The translations under genes were made by a program, and so were the position numbers. Shown here in pieces: positions 1-12,000 of a stretch of DNA of 64,000 bases (positions are counted from its first letter, which is position 1; the number at the start of each line of letters is the position of its first letter). The stretch spans positions 38,294,788-38,358,787 of the forward strand of contig CM120640.1 in the NCBI GenBank assembly GCA_051362555.1, read 5' to 3'. Source of the stretch: Lingula anatina. Taxonomy: Eukaryota > Animalia > Brachiopoda. Below the pieces are notes generated by a model. That model ran no database searches and was not told the origin of the DNA. It saw only the letters and a program-made list of their open reading frames with translations.

Positions 1-3000
1 GTCACTTTTTGGAAAAATCGGAGACGGGTCGATTTTTGATGATTTTGAGTGATTTTGAAAAGTGCCGGCACTGTGAGATTTCTTCAATTTTGGCCAGGTA
101 GGGATGAAATTTTTTTTTCTTCATTATAGTGTCAGGTAGGTGTGTTCGGTCATTTGTAGTAAGAATAAAGTGCTGGAAGAGTGGTGGTGTCAACATTAAG
201 GAAGAAATAGAGCAAAAACTCTGTCTCCCCCCCCCCCCTCTCAGATTCTGTTCTCAGAGCTTATTTTTGGATCATCTTTAAAGCTAGAATTGGGGGCCTT
301 GATGAAGTGACCCGGGCGCGTTTCCACATTTTTTATGAATGACAGGTGTGGTAGATTGATTTTCGTCACTTTTTGGAAAAATCGGAGACGGGTCGATTTT
401 TGGTGATTTTGAGTGATTTTGAACAGTGCCGGCACTGTGAGATTTCTTCAATTTTGGCCAGGTAGGGATGAAAATTTTTTTTCTTCATTATAGTGTCAGG
501 TAGGTGTGTTCGGTCATTTGTAGTAAGAATAAAGTGCTGGAAGAGTGGTGGTGTCAACATTAAGGAAGAAATAGAGCAAAAACTCTGTCTCCCCCCCCCC
601 TCTCAGATTCTGTTCTCAGAGCTTATTTTTGGATCATCTTTAAAGCTAGAATTGGGGGCCTTGATGAAGTGACCCGGGCGCGTTTCCACATTTTTTATGA
701 ATGACAGGTGTGGTAGATTGATTTTCGTCACTTTTTGGAAAAATCGGAGACGGGTCGATTTTTGGTGATTTTGAGTGATTTTGAACAGTGCCGGCACTGT
801 GAGATTTCTTCAATTTTGGCCAGGTAGGGATGAAAATTTTTTTTCTTCATTATAGTGTCAGGTAGGTGTGTTCGGTCATTTGTAGTAAGAATAAAGTGCT
901 GGAAGAGTGGTGGTGTCAACATTAAGGAAGAAATAGAGCAAAAACTCTGTCTCCCCCCCCCCCCCCTCTCAGATTCTGTTCTCAGAGCTTATTTTTGGAT
1001 CATCTTTAAAGCTAGAATTGGGGGCCTTGATGAAGTGACCCGGGCGCGTTTCCACATTTTTTATGAATGACAGGTGTGGTAGATTGATTTTCGTCACTTT
1101 TTGGAAAAATCGGAGACGGGTCGATTTTTGGTGATTTTGAGTGATTTTGAACAGTGCCGGCACTGTGAGATTTCTTCAATTTTGGCCAGGTAGGGATGAA
1201 AATTTTTTTTCTTCATTATAGTGTCAAGTAGGTGTGTTCGGTCATTTGTAGTAAGAATAAAGTGCTGGAAGAGTGGTGGTGTCAACATTAAGGAAGAAAT
1301 AGAGCAAAAACTCTGTCTCCCCCCCCCCCCCCTCTCAGATTCTGTTCTCAGAGCTTATTTTTGGATCATCTTTAAAGCTAGAATTGGGGGCCTTGATGAA
1401 GTGACCCGGGCGCGTTTCCACATTTTTTATGAATGACAGGTGTGGTAGATTGATTTTCGTCACTTTTTGGAAAAATCGGAGACGGGTCGATTTTTGGTGA
1501 TTTTGAGTGATTTTGAACAGTGCCGGCACTGTGAGATTTCTTCAATTTTGGCCAGGTAGGGATGAAAATTTTTTTTCTTTATTATAGTGTCAGGTAGGTG
1601 TGTTCGGTCATTTGTAGTAAGAATAAAGTGCTGGAAGAGTGGTGGTGTCAACATTAAGGAAGAAATAGAGCAAAAACTCTGTCTCCCCCCCCCCCCCCCC
1701 CTCTCAGATTCTGTTCTCAGAGCTTATTTTTGGATCATCTTTAAAGCTAGAATTGGGGGCCTTGATGAAGTGACCCGGGCGCGTTTCCACATTTTTTATG
1801 AATGACAGGTGGGTAGATTGATTTTCGTCACTTTTTGGAAAAATCGGAGACGGGTCGATTTTTGGTGATTTTGAGTGATTTTGAACAGTGCCGGCACTGT
1901 GAGATTTCTTCAATTTTGGCCAGGTAGGGATGAAAATTTTTTTTCTTCATTATAGTGTCAGGTAGGTGTGTTCGGTAATTTGTAGTAAGAATAAAGTGCT
2001 GGAAGAGTGGTGGTGTCAACATTAAGGAAGAAATAGAGCAAAAAGTCTGTCTCCCCCCCCCCCTCTCAGATTCTGTTCTCAGAGCTTATTTTTGGATCAT
2101 CTTTAAAGCTAGAATTGGGGGCCTTGATGAAGTGACCCGGGCGCGTTTCCACATTTTTTATGAATGACAGGTGTGGTAGATTGATTTTCGTCACTTTTTG
2201 GAAAAATCGGAGACGGGTCGATTTTTGGTGATTTTGAGTGATTTTGAACAGTGCCGGCACTGTGAGATTTCTTCAATTTTGGCCAGGTAGGGATGAAAAT
2301 TTTTTTTCTTTATTATAGTGTCAGGTAGGTGTGTTCGGTCATTTGTAGTAAGAATAAAGTGCTGGAAGAGTGGTGGTGTCAACATTAAGGAAGAAATAGA
2401 GCAAAAACTCTGTCTCCCCCCCCCCCCCCTCTCAGATTCTGTTCTCAGAGCTTATTTTTGGATCATCTTTAAAGCTAGAATTGGGGGCCTTGATGAAGTG
2501 ACCCGGGCGCGTTTCCACATTTTTTATGAATGACAGGTGGGTAGATTGATTTTCGTCACTTTTTGGAAAAATCGGAGACGGGTCGATTTTTGGTGATTTT
2601 GAGTGATTTTGAACAGTGCCGGCACTGTGAGATTTCTTCAATTTTGGCCAGGTAGGGATGAAAATTTTTTTTCTTCATTATAGTGTCAGGTATTTGTGTT
2701 CGGTCATTTGTAGTAAGAATAAAGTGCTGGAAGAGTGGTGGTGTCAACATTAAGGAAGAAATAGAGCAAAAAGTCTGTCTCCCCCCCCCCCCTCTCAGAT
2801 TCTGTTCTCAGAGCTTATTTTTGGATCATCTTTAAAGCTAGAATTGGGGGCCTTGATGAAGTGACCCGGGCGCGTTTCCACATTTTTTATGAATGACAGG
2901 TGTGGTAGATTGATTTTCGTCACTTTTTGGAAAAATCGGAGACGGGTCGATTTTTGGTGATTTTGAGTGATTTTGAACAGTGCCGGCACTGTGAGATTTC

Positions 3001-6000
3001 TTCAATTTTGGCCAGGAAGGGATGAAAATTTTTTTTCTTCATTATAGTGTCAGGTAGGTGTGTTCGGTCATTTGTAGTAAGAATAAAGTGCTGGAAGAGT
3101 GGTGGTGTCAACATTAAGGAAGAAATAGAGCAAAAACTCTGTCTCCCCCCCCCCCCCTCTCAGATTCTGTTCTCAGAGCTTATTTTTGGATCATCTTTAA
3201 AGCTAGAATTGGGGGCCTTGATGAAGTGACCCGGGCGCGTTTCCACATTTTTTATGAATGACAGGTGTGGTAGATTGATTTTTGTCACTTTTTGGAAAAA
3301 TCGGAGACGGGTCGATTTTTGGTGATTTTGAGTGATTTTGAACAGTGCCGGCACTGTGAGATTTCTTCAATTTTGGCCAGGTAGGGATGAAAATTTTTTT
3401 TCTTCATTATGGTGTCAGGTAGGTGTGTTCGGTCATTTGTAGTAAGAATAAAGTGCTGGAAGAGTGGTGGTGTCAACATTAAGGAAGAAATAGAGCAAAA
3501 ACTCTGTCTCCCCCCCCCCCCTCTCAGATTCTGTTCTCAGAGCTTATTTTTGGATCATCTTTAAAGCTAGAATTGGGGGCCTTGATGAAGTGACCCGGGC
3601 GCGTTTCCACATTTTTTATGAATGACAGGTGTGGTAGATTGATTTTCGTCACTTTTTGGAAAAATCGGAGACGGGTCGATTTTTGGTGATTTTGAGTGAT
3701 TTTGAACAGTGCCGGCACTGTGAGATTTCTTCAATTTTGGCCAGGTAGGGATGAAAATTTTTTTTCTTCATTATAGTGTCAGGTAGGTGTGTTTGGTCAT
3801 TTGTAGTAAGAATAAAGTGCTGGAAGAGTGGTGGTGTCAACATTAAGGAAGAAATAGAGCAAAAACTCTGTCTCCGTCCCCCCTCTCAGATTCTGTTCTC
3901 AGAGCTTATTTTTGGATCATCTTTAAAGCTAGAATTGGGGGCCTTGATGAAGTGACCCGGGCGCGTTTCCACATTTTTTATGAATGACAGGTGTGGTAGA
4001 TTGATTTTCGTCACTTTTTGGAAAAATCGGAGACGGGTCGATTTTTGGTGATTTTGAGTGATTTTGAACAGTGCCGGCACTGTGAGATTTCTTCAATTTT
4101 GGCCAGGTAGGGATGAAAATTTTTTTTCTTCATTATAGTGTCAGGTAGGTGTGTTCGGTCATTTGTAGTAAGAATAAAGTGCTGGAAGAGTGGTGGTGTC
4201 AACATTAAGGAAGAAATAGAGCAAAAACTCTGTCTCCCCCCCCCCCCTCTCAGATTCTGTTCTCAGAGCTTATTTTTGGATCATCTTTAAAGCTAGAATT
4301 GGGGGCCTTGATGAAGTGACCCGGGCGCGTTTCCACATTTTTTATGAATGACAGGTGTGGTAGATTGATTTTCGTCACTTTTTGGAAAAATCGGAGACGG
4401 GTCGATTTTTGGTGATTTTGAGTGATTTTGAACAGTGCCGGCACTGTGAGATTTCTTCAATTTTGGCCAGGTAGGGATGAAAATTTTTTTTCTTCATTAT
4501 AGTGTCAGGTAGGTGTGTTCGGTCATTTGTAGTAAGAATAAAGTGCTGGAAGAGTGGTGGTGTCAACATTAAGGAAGAAATAGAGCAAAAACTCTGTCTC
4601 CCCACCCCCCCTCTCGGATTCGGTTCTCAGAGCTTATTTTTGGATCATCTTTAAAGCTAGAATTGGGGGCCTTGATGAAGTGACCTGGGCGCGTTTCCAC
4701 ATTTTTTATGAATGACAGGTGTGGTAGATTGATTTTCGTCACTTTTTGGAAAAATCGGAGACGGGTCAATTTTTGGTGATTTTGAGTGATTTTGAACAGT
4801 GCCGGCACTGTGAGATTTCTTCAATTTTGGCCAGGTAGGGATGAAAATTTTTTTTCTTCATTATAGTGTCAGGTAGGTTTGTTCGGTCATTTGTAGTAAG
4901 AATAAAGTGCTGGAAGAGTGGTGGTGTCAACATTAAGGAAGAAATAGAGCAAAAACTCTGTCTCCCCCCCCCCTCTCAGATTCTGTTCTCAGAGCTTATT
5001 TTTGGATCATCTTTAAAGCTAGAATTGGGGGCCTTGATGAAGTGACCCGGGCGCGTTTCCACATTTTTTATGAATGACAGGTGTGGTAGATTGATTTTCG
5101 TCACTTTTTGGAAAAATCGGAGACGGGTCGATTTTTGGTGATTTTGAGTGATTTTGAACAGTGCCGGCACTGTGAGATTTCTTCAATTTTGGCCAGGTAG
5201 GGATGAAAATTTTTTTTCTTCATTATAGTGTCAGGTAGGTGTGTTCGGTCATTTGTAGTAAGAATAAAGTGCTGGAAGAGTGGTGGTGTCAACATTAAGG
5301 AAGAAATAGAGCAAAAACTCTGTCTCCGTCCCCCCTCTCAGATTCTGTTCTCAGAGCTTATTTTTGGATCGTCTTTAAAGCTAGAATTGGGGGCCTTGAT
5401 GAATTGACCCGGGCGCGTTTCCACATTTTTTATGAATGACAGGTGTGGTAGATTGATTTTCGTCACTTTTTGGAAAAATCGGAGACGGGTCGATTTTTGG
5501 TGATTTTGAGTGATTTTGAACAGTGCCGGCACTGTGAGATTTCTTCAATTTTGGCCAGGTAGGGATGAAAATTTTTTTTCTTCATTATAGTGTCAGGTAG
5601 GTGTGTTCGGTCATTTGTAGTAAGAATAAAGTGCTGGAAGAGTGGTGGTGTCAACATTAAGGAAGAAATAGAGCAAAAACTCTGTCTCCCCCCCCCCCCC
5701 TCTCAGATTCTGTTCTCAGAGCTTATTTTTGGATCATCTTTAAAGCTAGAATTGGGGGCCTTGATGAAGTGACCCGGGCGCGTTTCCACATTTTTTATGA
5801 ATGACAGGTGTGGTAGATTGATTTTCGTCATTTTTTGGAAAAATCGGAGACGGGTCGATTTTTGGTGATTTTGAGTGATTTTGAACAGTGCCGGCACTGT
5901 GAGATTTCTTCAATTTTGGCCAGGTAGGGATGAAAATTTTTTTTCTTCATTATAGTGTCAGGTAGGTGTGTTCGGTCATTTGTAGTAAGAATAAAGTGCT

Positions 6001-9000
6001 GGAAGAGTGGTGGTGTCAACATTAAGGAAGAAATAGAGCAAAAACTCTGTCTCCCCCCCCCTCTCAGATTCTGTTCTCAGAGCTTATTTTTGGATCATCT
6101 TTAAAGCTAGAATTGGGGGCCTTGATGAAGTGACCCGGGCGCGTTTCCACATTTTTTATGAATGACAGGTGTGGTAGATTGATTTTCGTCACTTTTTGGA
6201 AAAATCGGAGACGGGTCAATTTTTGGTGATTTTGAGTGATTTTGAACAGTGCCGGCACTGTGAGATTTCTTCAATTTTGGCCAGGTAGGGATGAAAATTT
6301 TTTTTCTTCATTATAGTGTCAGGTAGGTGTGTTCGGTCATTTGTAGTAAGAATAAAGTGCTGGAAGAGTGGTGGTGTCAACATTAAGGAAGAAATAGAGC
6401 AAAAACTCTGTCTCCCCCCCCCCCCCTCTCAGATTCTGTTCTCAGAGCTTATTTTTGGATCATCTTTAAAGCTAGAATTGGGGGCCTTGATGAAGTGACC
6501 CGGGCGCGTTTCCACATTTTTTATGAATGACAGGTGTGGTAGATTGATTTTCGTCACTTTTTGGCAAAAAAAGGAGACGGGTCGATTTTTGGTGATTTTG
6601 AGTGATTTTGAACAGTGCCGGCACTGTGAGATTTCTTCAATTTTGGCCAGGTAGGGATGAAAATTTTTTTTCTTCATTATAGTGTCAGGTAGGTGTGTTT
6701 GGTCATTTGTAGTTAGAATAAAGTGCTGGAAGAGTGGTGGTGTCAACATTAAGGAAGAAATAGAGCAAAAACTCTGTCTCCCCCCCCCCCCCCCCCTCTC
6801 AGATTCTGTTCTCAGAGCTTATTTTTGGATCATCTTTAAAGCTAGAATTGGGGGCCTTGATGAAGTGACCCGGGCGCGTTTCCACATTTTTTATGAATGA
6901 CAGGTGTGGTAGATTGATTTTCGTCACTTTTTGGAAAAATCGGAGACGGGTCGATTTTTGGTGATTTTGAGTGATTTTGAACAGTGCCGGCACTGTGAGA
7001 TTTCTTCAATTTTGGCCAGGTAGGGATGAAAATTTTTTTTCTTCATTATAGTGTCAGGTAGGTGTGTTCGGTCATTTGTAGTAAGAATAAAGTGCTGGAA
7101 GAGTGGTGGTGTCAACATTAAGGAAGAAATAGAGCAAAAACTCTGTCTCCCCCCCCCCCCCCTCTCAGATTCTGTTCTCAGAGCTTATTTTTGGATCATC
7201 TTTAAAGCTAGAATTGGGGGCCTTGATGAAGTGACCCGGGCGCGTTTCCACATTTTTTATGAATGACAGGTGTGGTAGATTGATTTTCGTCACTTTTTGG
7301 AAAAATCGGAGACGGGTTGATTTTTGGTGATTTTGAGTGATTTTGAACAGTGCCGGCACTGTGAGATTTCTTCAATTTTGGCCAGGTAGGGATGAAAATT
7401 TTTTTTCTTCATTATAATGTCAGGTAGGTGTGTTCGGTCATTTGTAGTAAGAATAAAGTGCTGGAAGAGTGGTGGTGTCAACATTAAGGAAGAAATAGAG
7501 CAAAAACTCTGTCTCCCCCCCCCCTCTCAGATTCTGTTCTCAGAGCTTATTTTTGGATCATCTTTAAAGCTAGAATTGGGGGCCTTGATGAAGTGACCCG
7601 GGCGCGTTTCCACATTTTTTATGAATGACAGGTGTGGTAGATTGATTTACGTCACTTTTTGTAAAAATCGGAGACGGGTCGATTTTTGGTGATTTTGAGT
7701 GATTTTGAACAGTGCCGGTACTGTGAGATTTCTTCAATTTTGGCCAGGTAGGGATGAAAATTTTTTTTCTTCATTATAGTGTCAGGTAGGTGTGTTCGGT
7801 CATTTGTAGTAAGAATAAAGTGCTGGAAGAGTGGTGGTGTCAACATTAAGGAAGAAATAGAGCAAAAACTCTGTCTCCCCCCCCCCCCTCTCAGATTCTG
7901 TTCTCAGAGCTTATTTTTGGATCATCTTTAAAGCTAGAATTGGGGGATTTGATGAAGTGACCCGGGCGCGTTTCCACATTTTTTATGAATGACAGGTGTG
8001 GTAGATTGATTTTCGTCACTTTTTGGAAAAATCGGAGACGGGTCGATTTTTGGTGATTTTGAGTGATTTTGAACAGTGCCGGCACTGTGAGATTTCTTCA
8101 ATTTTGGCCAGGTAGGGATGAAAATTTTTTTTCTTCATTATAGTGTCAGGTAGGTGTGTTCGGTCATTTGTAGTAAGAATAAAGTGCTGGAAGAGTGGTG
8201 GTGTCAACATTAAGGAAGAAATAGAGCAAAAACTCTGTCTCCCCCCCCCCCTCTCAGATTCTGTTCTCAGAGCTTATTTTTGGATCATCTTTAAAGCTAG
8301 AATTGGGGGCCTTGATGAAGTGACCCGGGCGCGTTTCCACATTTTTTATGAATGACAGGTGTGGTAGATTGATTTTCGTCACTTTTTGGAAAAATCGGAG
8401 ACGGGTCGATTTTTGGTGATTTTGAGTGATTTTGAACAGTGCCGGCACTGTGAGATTTCTTCAATTTTGGCCAGGTAGGGATGAAAATTTTTTTTCTTCA
8501 TTATAGTGTCAGGTAGGTGTGTTCGGTCATTTGTAGTAAGAATAAAGTGCTGGAAGAGTGGTGGTGTCAACATTAAGGAAGAAATAGAGCAAAAACTCTG
8601 TCTCCCCCCCCCTCTCAGATTCTGTTCTCAGAGCTTATTTTTGGATCATCTTTAAAGCTAGAATTGGGGGCCTTGATGAAGTGACCCGGGCGCGTTTCCA
8701 CATTTTTTATGAATGACAGGTGTGGTAGATTGATTTTCGTCACTTTTTGGAAAAATCGGAGACGGGTCGATTTTTGGTGATTTTGAGTGATTTTGAACAG
8801 TGCCGGCACTGTGAGATTTCTTCAATTTTGGCCAGGTAGGGATGAAAATTTTTTTTCTTCATTATAGTGTCAGGTAGGTGTGTTCGGTCATTTGTAGTAA
8901 GAATAAAGTGCTGGAAGAGTGGTGGTGTCAACATTAAGGAAGAAATAGAGCAAAAACTGTGTCTCCCCCCCCCCCCTCTCAGATTCTGTTCTCAGAGCTT

Positions 9001-12000
9001 ATTTTTGGATCATCTTTAAAGCTAGAATTGGGGGCCTTGATGAAGTGACCCGGGCGCGTTTCCACATTTTTTATGAATGACAGGTGTGGTAGATTGATTT
9101 TCGTCACTTTTTGGAAAAATCGGAGACGGGTCGATTTTTGGTGATTTTGAGTGATTTGAACACTGTGAGATTTCTTCAATTTTGGCCAGGTAGGGATGAA
9201 AATTTTTTTTCTTCATTATAGTGTCAGGTAGGTGTGTTCGGTCATTTGTAGTAAGAATAAAGTGCTGGAAGAGTGGTGGTGTCAACATTAAGGAAGAAAT
9301 AGAGCAAAAACTGTGTCTCCCCCCCCCCCCTCTCAGATTCTGTTCTCAGAGCTTATTTTTGGATCATCTTTAAAGCTAGAATTGGGGGCCTTGATGAAGT
9401 GACCCGGGCGCGTTTCCACATTTTTTATGAATGACAGGTGTGGTAGATTGATTTTCGTCACTTTTTGGAAAAATCGGAGACGGGTCGATTTTTGGTCATT
9501 TTGAACAGTGCCGGCACTGTGAGATTTCTTCAATTTTGGCCAGGTAGGGATGAAAATTTTTTTTCTTCATTATAGTGTCAGGTAGGTGTGTTCGGTCATT
9601 TGTAGTGAGAATAAAGTGCTGGAAGAGTGGTGGTGTCAACATTAAGGAAGAAATAGAGCAAAAACTCTGTCTCCCCCCCCCCCCCCCTCTCAGATTCTGT
9701 TCTCAGAGCTTATTTTTGGATCATCTTTAAAGCTAGAATTGGGGGCCTTGATGAAGTGACCCGGGCGCGTTTCCACATTTTTTATGAATGACAGGGGTGG
9801 TAGATTGATTTTCGTCACTTTTTGGAAAAATCGGAGACGGGTTGATTTTTGGTGATTTTGAGTGATTTTGAACAGTGCCGGCACTGTGAGATTTCTTCAA
9901 TTTTGGCCAGGTAGGGATGAAAATTTTTTTTCTTCATTATAGTGTCAGGTAGGTGTGTTCGGTCATTTGTAGTAAGAATAAAGTGCTGGAAGAGTGGTGG
10001 TGTCAACATTAAGGAAGAAATAGAGCAAAAACTCTGTCTCCCCCCCCCCTCTCAGATTCTGTTCTCAGAGCTTATTTTTGGATCATCTTTAAAGCTAGAA
10101 TTGGGGGCCTTGATGAAGTGACCCGGGCGCGTTTCCACATTTTTTATGAATGACAGGTGTGGTAGATTGATTTTCGTCACTTTTTGGAAAAATCGGAGAC
10201 GGGTCGATTTTTGGTGATTTTGAGTGATTTTGAACAGTGCCGGCACTGTGAGATTTCTTCAATTTTGGCCAGGTAGGGATGAAAATTTTTTTTCTTCATT
10301 ATAGTGTCAGGTAGGTGTGTTCGGTCATTTGTAGTAAGAATAAAGTGCTGGAAGAGTGGTGGTGTCAACATTAAGGAAGAAATAGAGCAAAAACTCTGTC
10401 TCCCCCCCCCCCCCTCTCAGATTCTGTTCTCAGAGCTTATTTTTGGATCATCTTTAAAGCTAGAATTGGGGGCCTTGATGAAGTGACCCGGGCGCGTTTC
10501 CACATTTTTTATGAATGACAGGTGTGGTAGATTGATTTTCGTCACTTTTTGGAAAAATCGGAGACGGGTCGATTTTTGGTGATTTTGAGTGATTTTGAAC
10601 AGTGCCGGCACTGTGAGATTTCTTCAATTTTGGCCAGGTAGGGATGAAAATTTTTTTTCTTCATTATAGTGTCAGGTAGGTGTGTTCGGTCATTTGTAGT
10701 AAGAATAAAGTGCTGGAAGAGTGGTGGTGTCAACATTAAGGAAGAAATAGAGCAAAAACTCTGTCTCCCCCCCCCCCCTCTCAGATTCTGTTCTCAGAGC
10801 TTATTTTTGGATCATCTTTAAAGCTAGAATTGGGGGCCTTGATGAAGTGACCCGGGCGCGTTTCCACATTTTTTATGAATGACAGGTGTGGTAGATTGAT
10901 TTTCGTCACTTTTTGGAAAAATCGGAGACGGGTCGATTTTTGGTGATTTTGAGTGATTTTGAACAGTGCCGGCACTGTGAGATTTCTTCAATTTTGGCCA
11001 GGTAGGGATGAAAATTTTTTTTCTTCATTATAGTGTCAGGTAGGTGTGTTCGGTCATTTGTAGTAAGAATAAAGTGCTGGAAGAGTGGTGGTGTCAACAT
11101 TAAGGAAGAAATAGAGCAAAAACTCTGTCTCCCCCCCCCCCTCTCAGATTCTGTTCTCAGAGCTTATTTTTGGATCATCTTTAAAGCTAGAATTGGGGGC
11201 CTTGATGAAGTGACCCGGGCGCGTTTCCACATTTTTTATGAATGACAGGTGTGGTAGATTGATTTTCGTCACTTTTTGGAAAAATCGGAGACGGGTCGAT
11301 TTTTGGTGATTTTGAGTGATTTTGAACAGTGCCGGCACTGTGAGATTTCTTCAATTTTGGCCAGGTAGGGATGAAAATTTTTTTTCTTCATTATAGTGTC
11401 AGGTAGGTGTGTTCGGTCATTTGTAGTAAGAATAAAGTGCTGGAAGAGTGGTGGTGTCAACATTAAGGAAGAAATAGAGCAAAAACTCTGTCTCCCCCCC
11501 CCCCCCTCTCAGATTCTGTTCTCAGAGCTTATTTTTGGATCATCTTTAAAGCTAGAATTGGGGGCCTTGATGAAGTGACCCGGGCGCGTTTCCACATTTT
11601 TTATGAATGACAGGTGTGGTAGATTGATTTTCGTCACTTTTTGGAAAAATCGGAGACGGGTCGATTTTTGGTGATTTTGAGTGATTTTGAACAGTGCCGG
11701 CACTGTGAGATTTCTTCAATTTTGGCCAGGTAGGGATGAAAATTTTTTTTCTTCATTATAGTGTCAGGTAGGTGTGTTCGGTCATTTGTAGTAAGAATAA
11801 AGTGCTGGAAGAGTGGTGGTGTCAACATTAAGGAAGAAATAGAGCAAAAACTCTGTCTCCCCCCCCCCCCCCCCCTCTCAGATTCTGTTCTCAGAGCTTA
11901 TTTTTGGATCATCTTTAAAGCTAGAATTGGGGGCCTTGATGAAGTGACCCGGGCGCGTTTCCACATTTTTTATGAATGACAGGTGTGGTAGATTGATTTT

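Noticed and set aside
361-400. CENP-B box in the monomer
   Set aside because: TTCG and CGGG occur but not with the TTCG-N4-A-N2-CGGG spacing.
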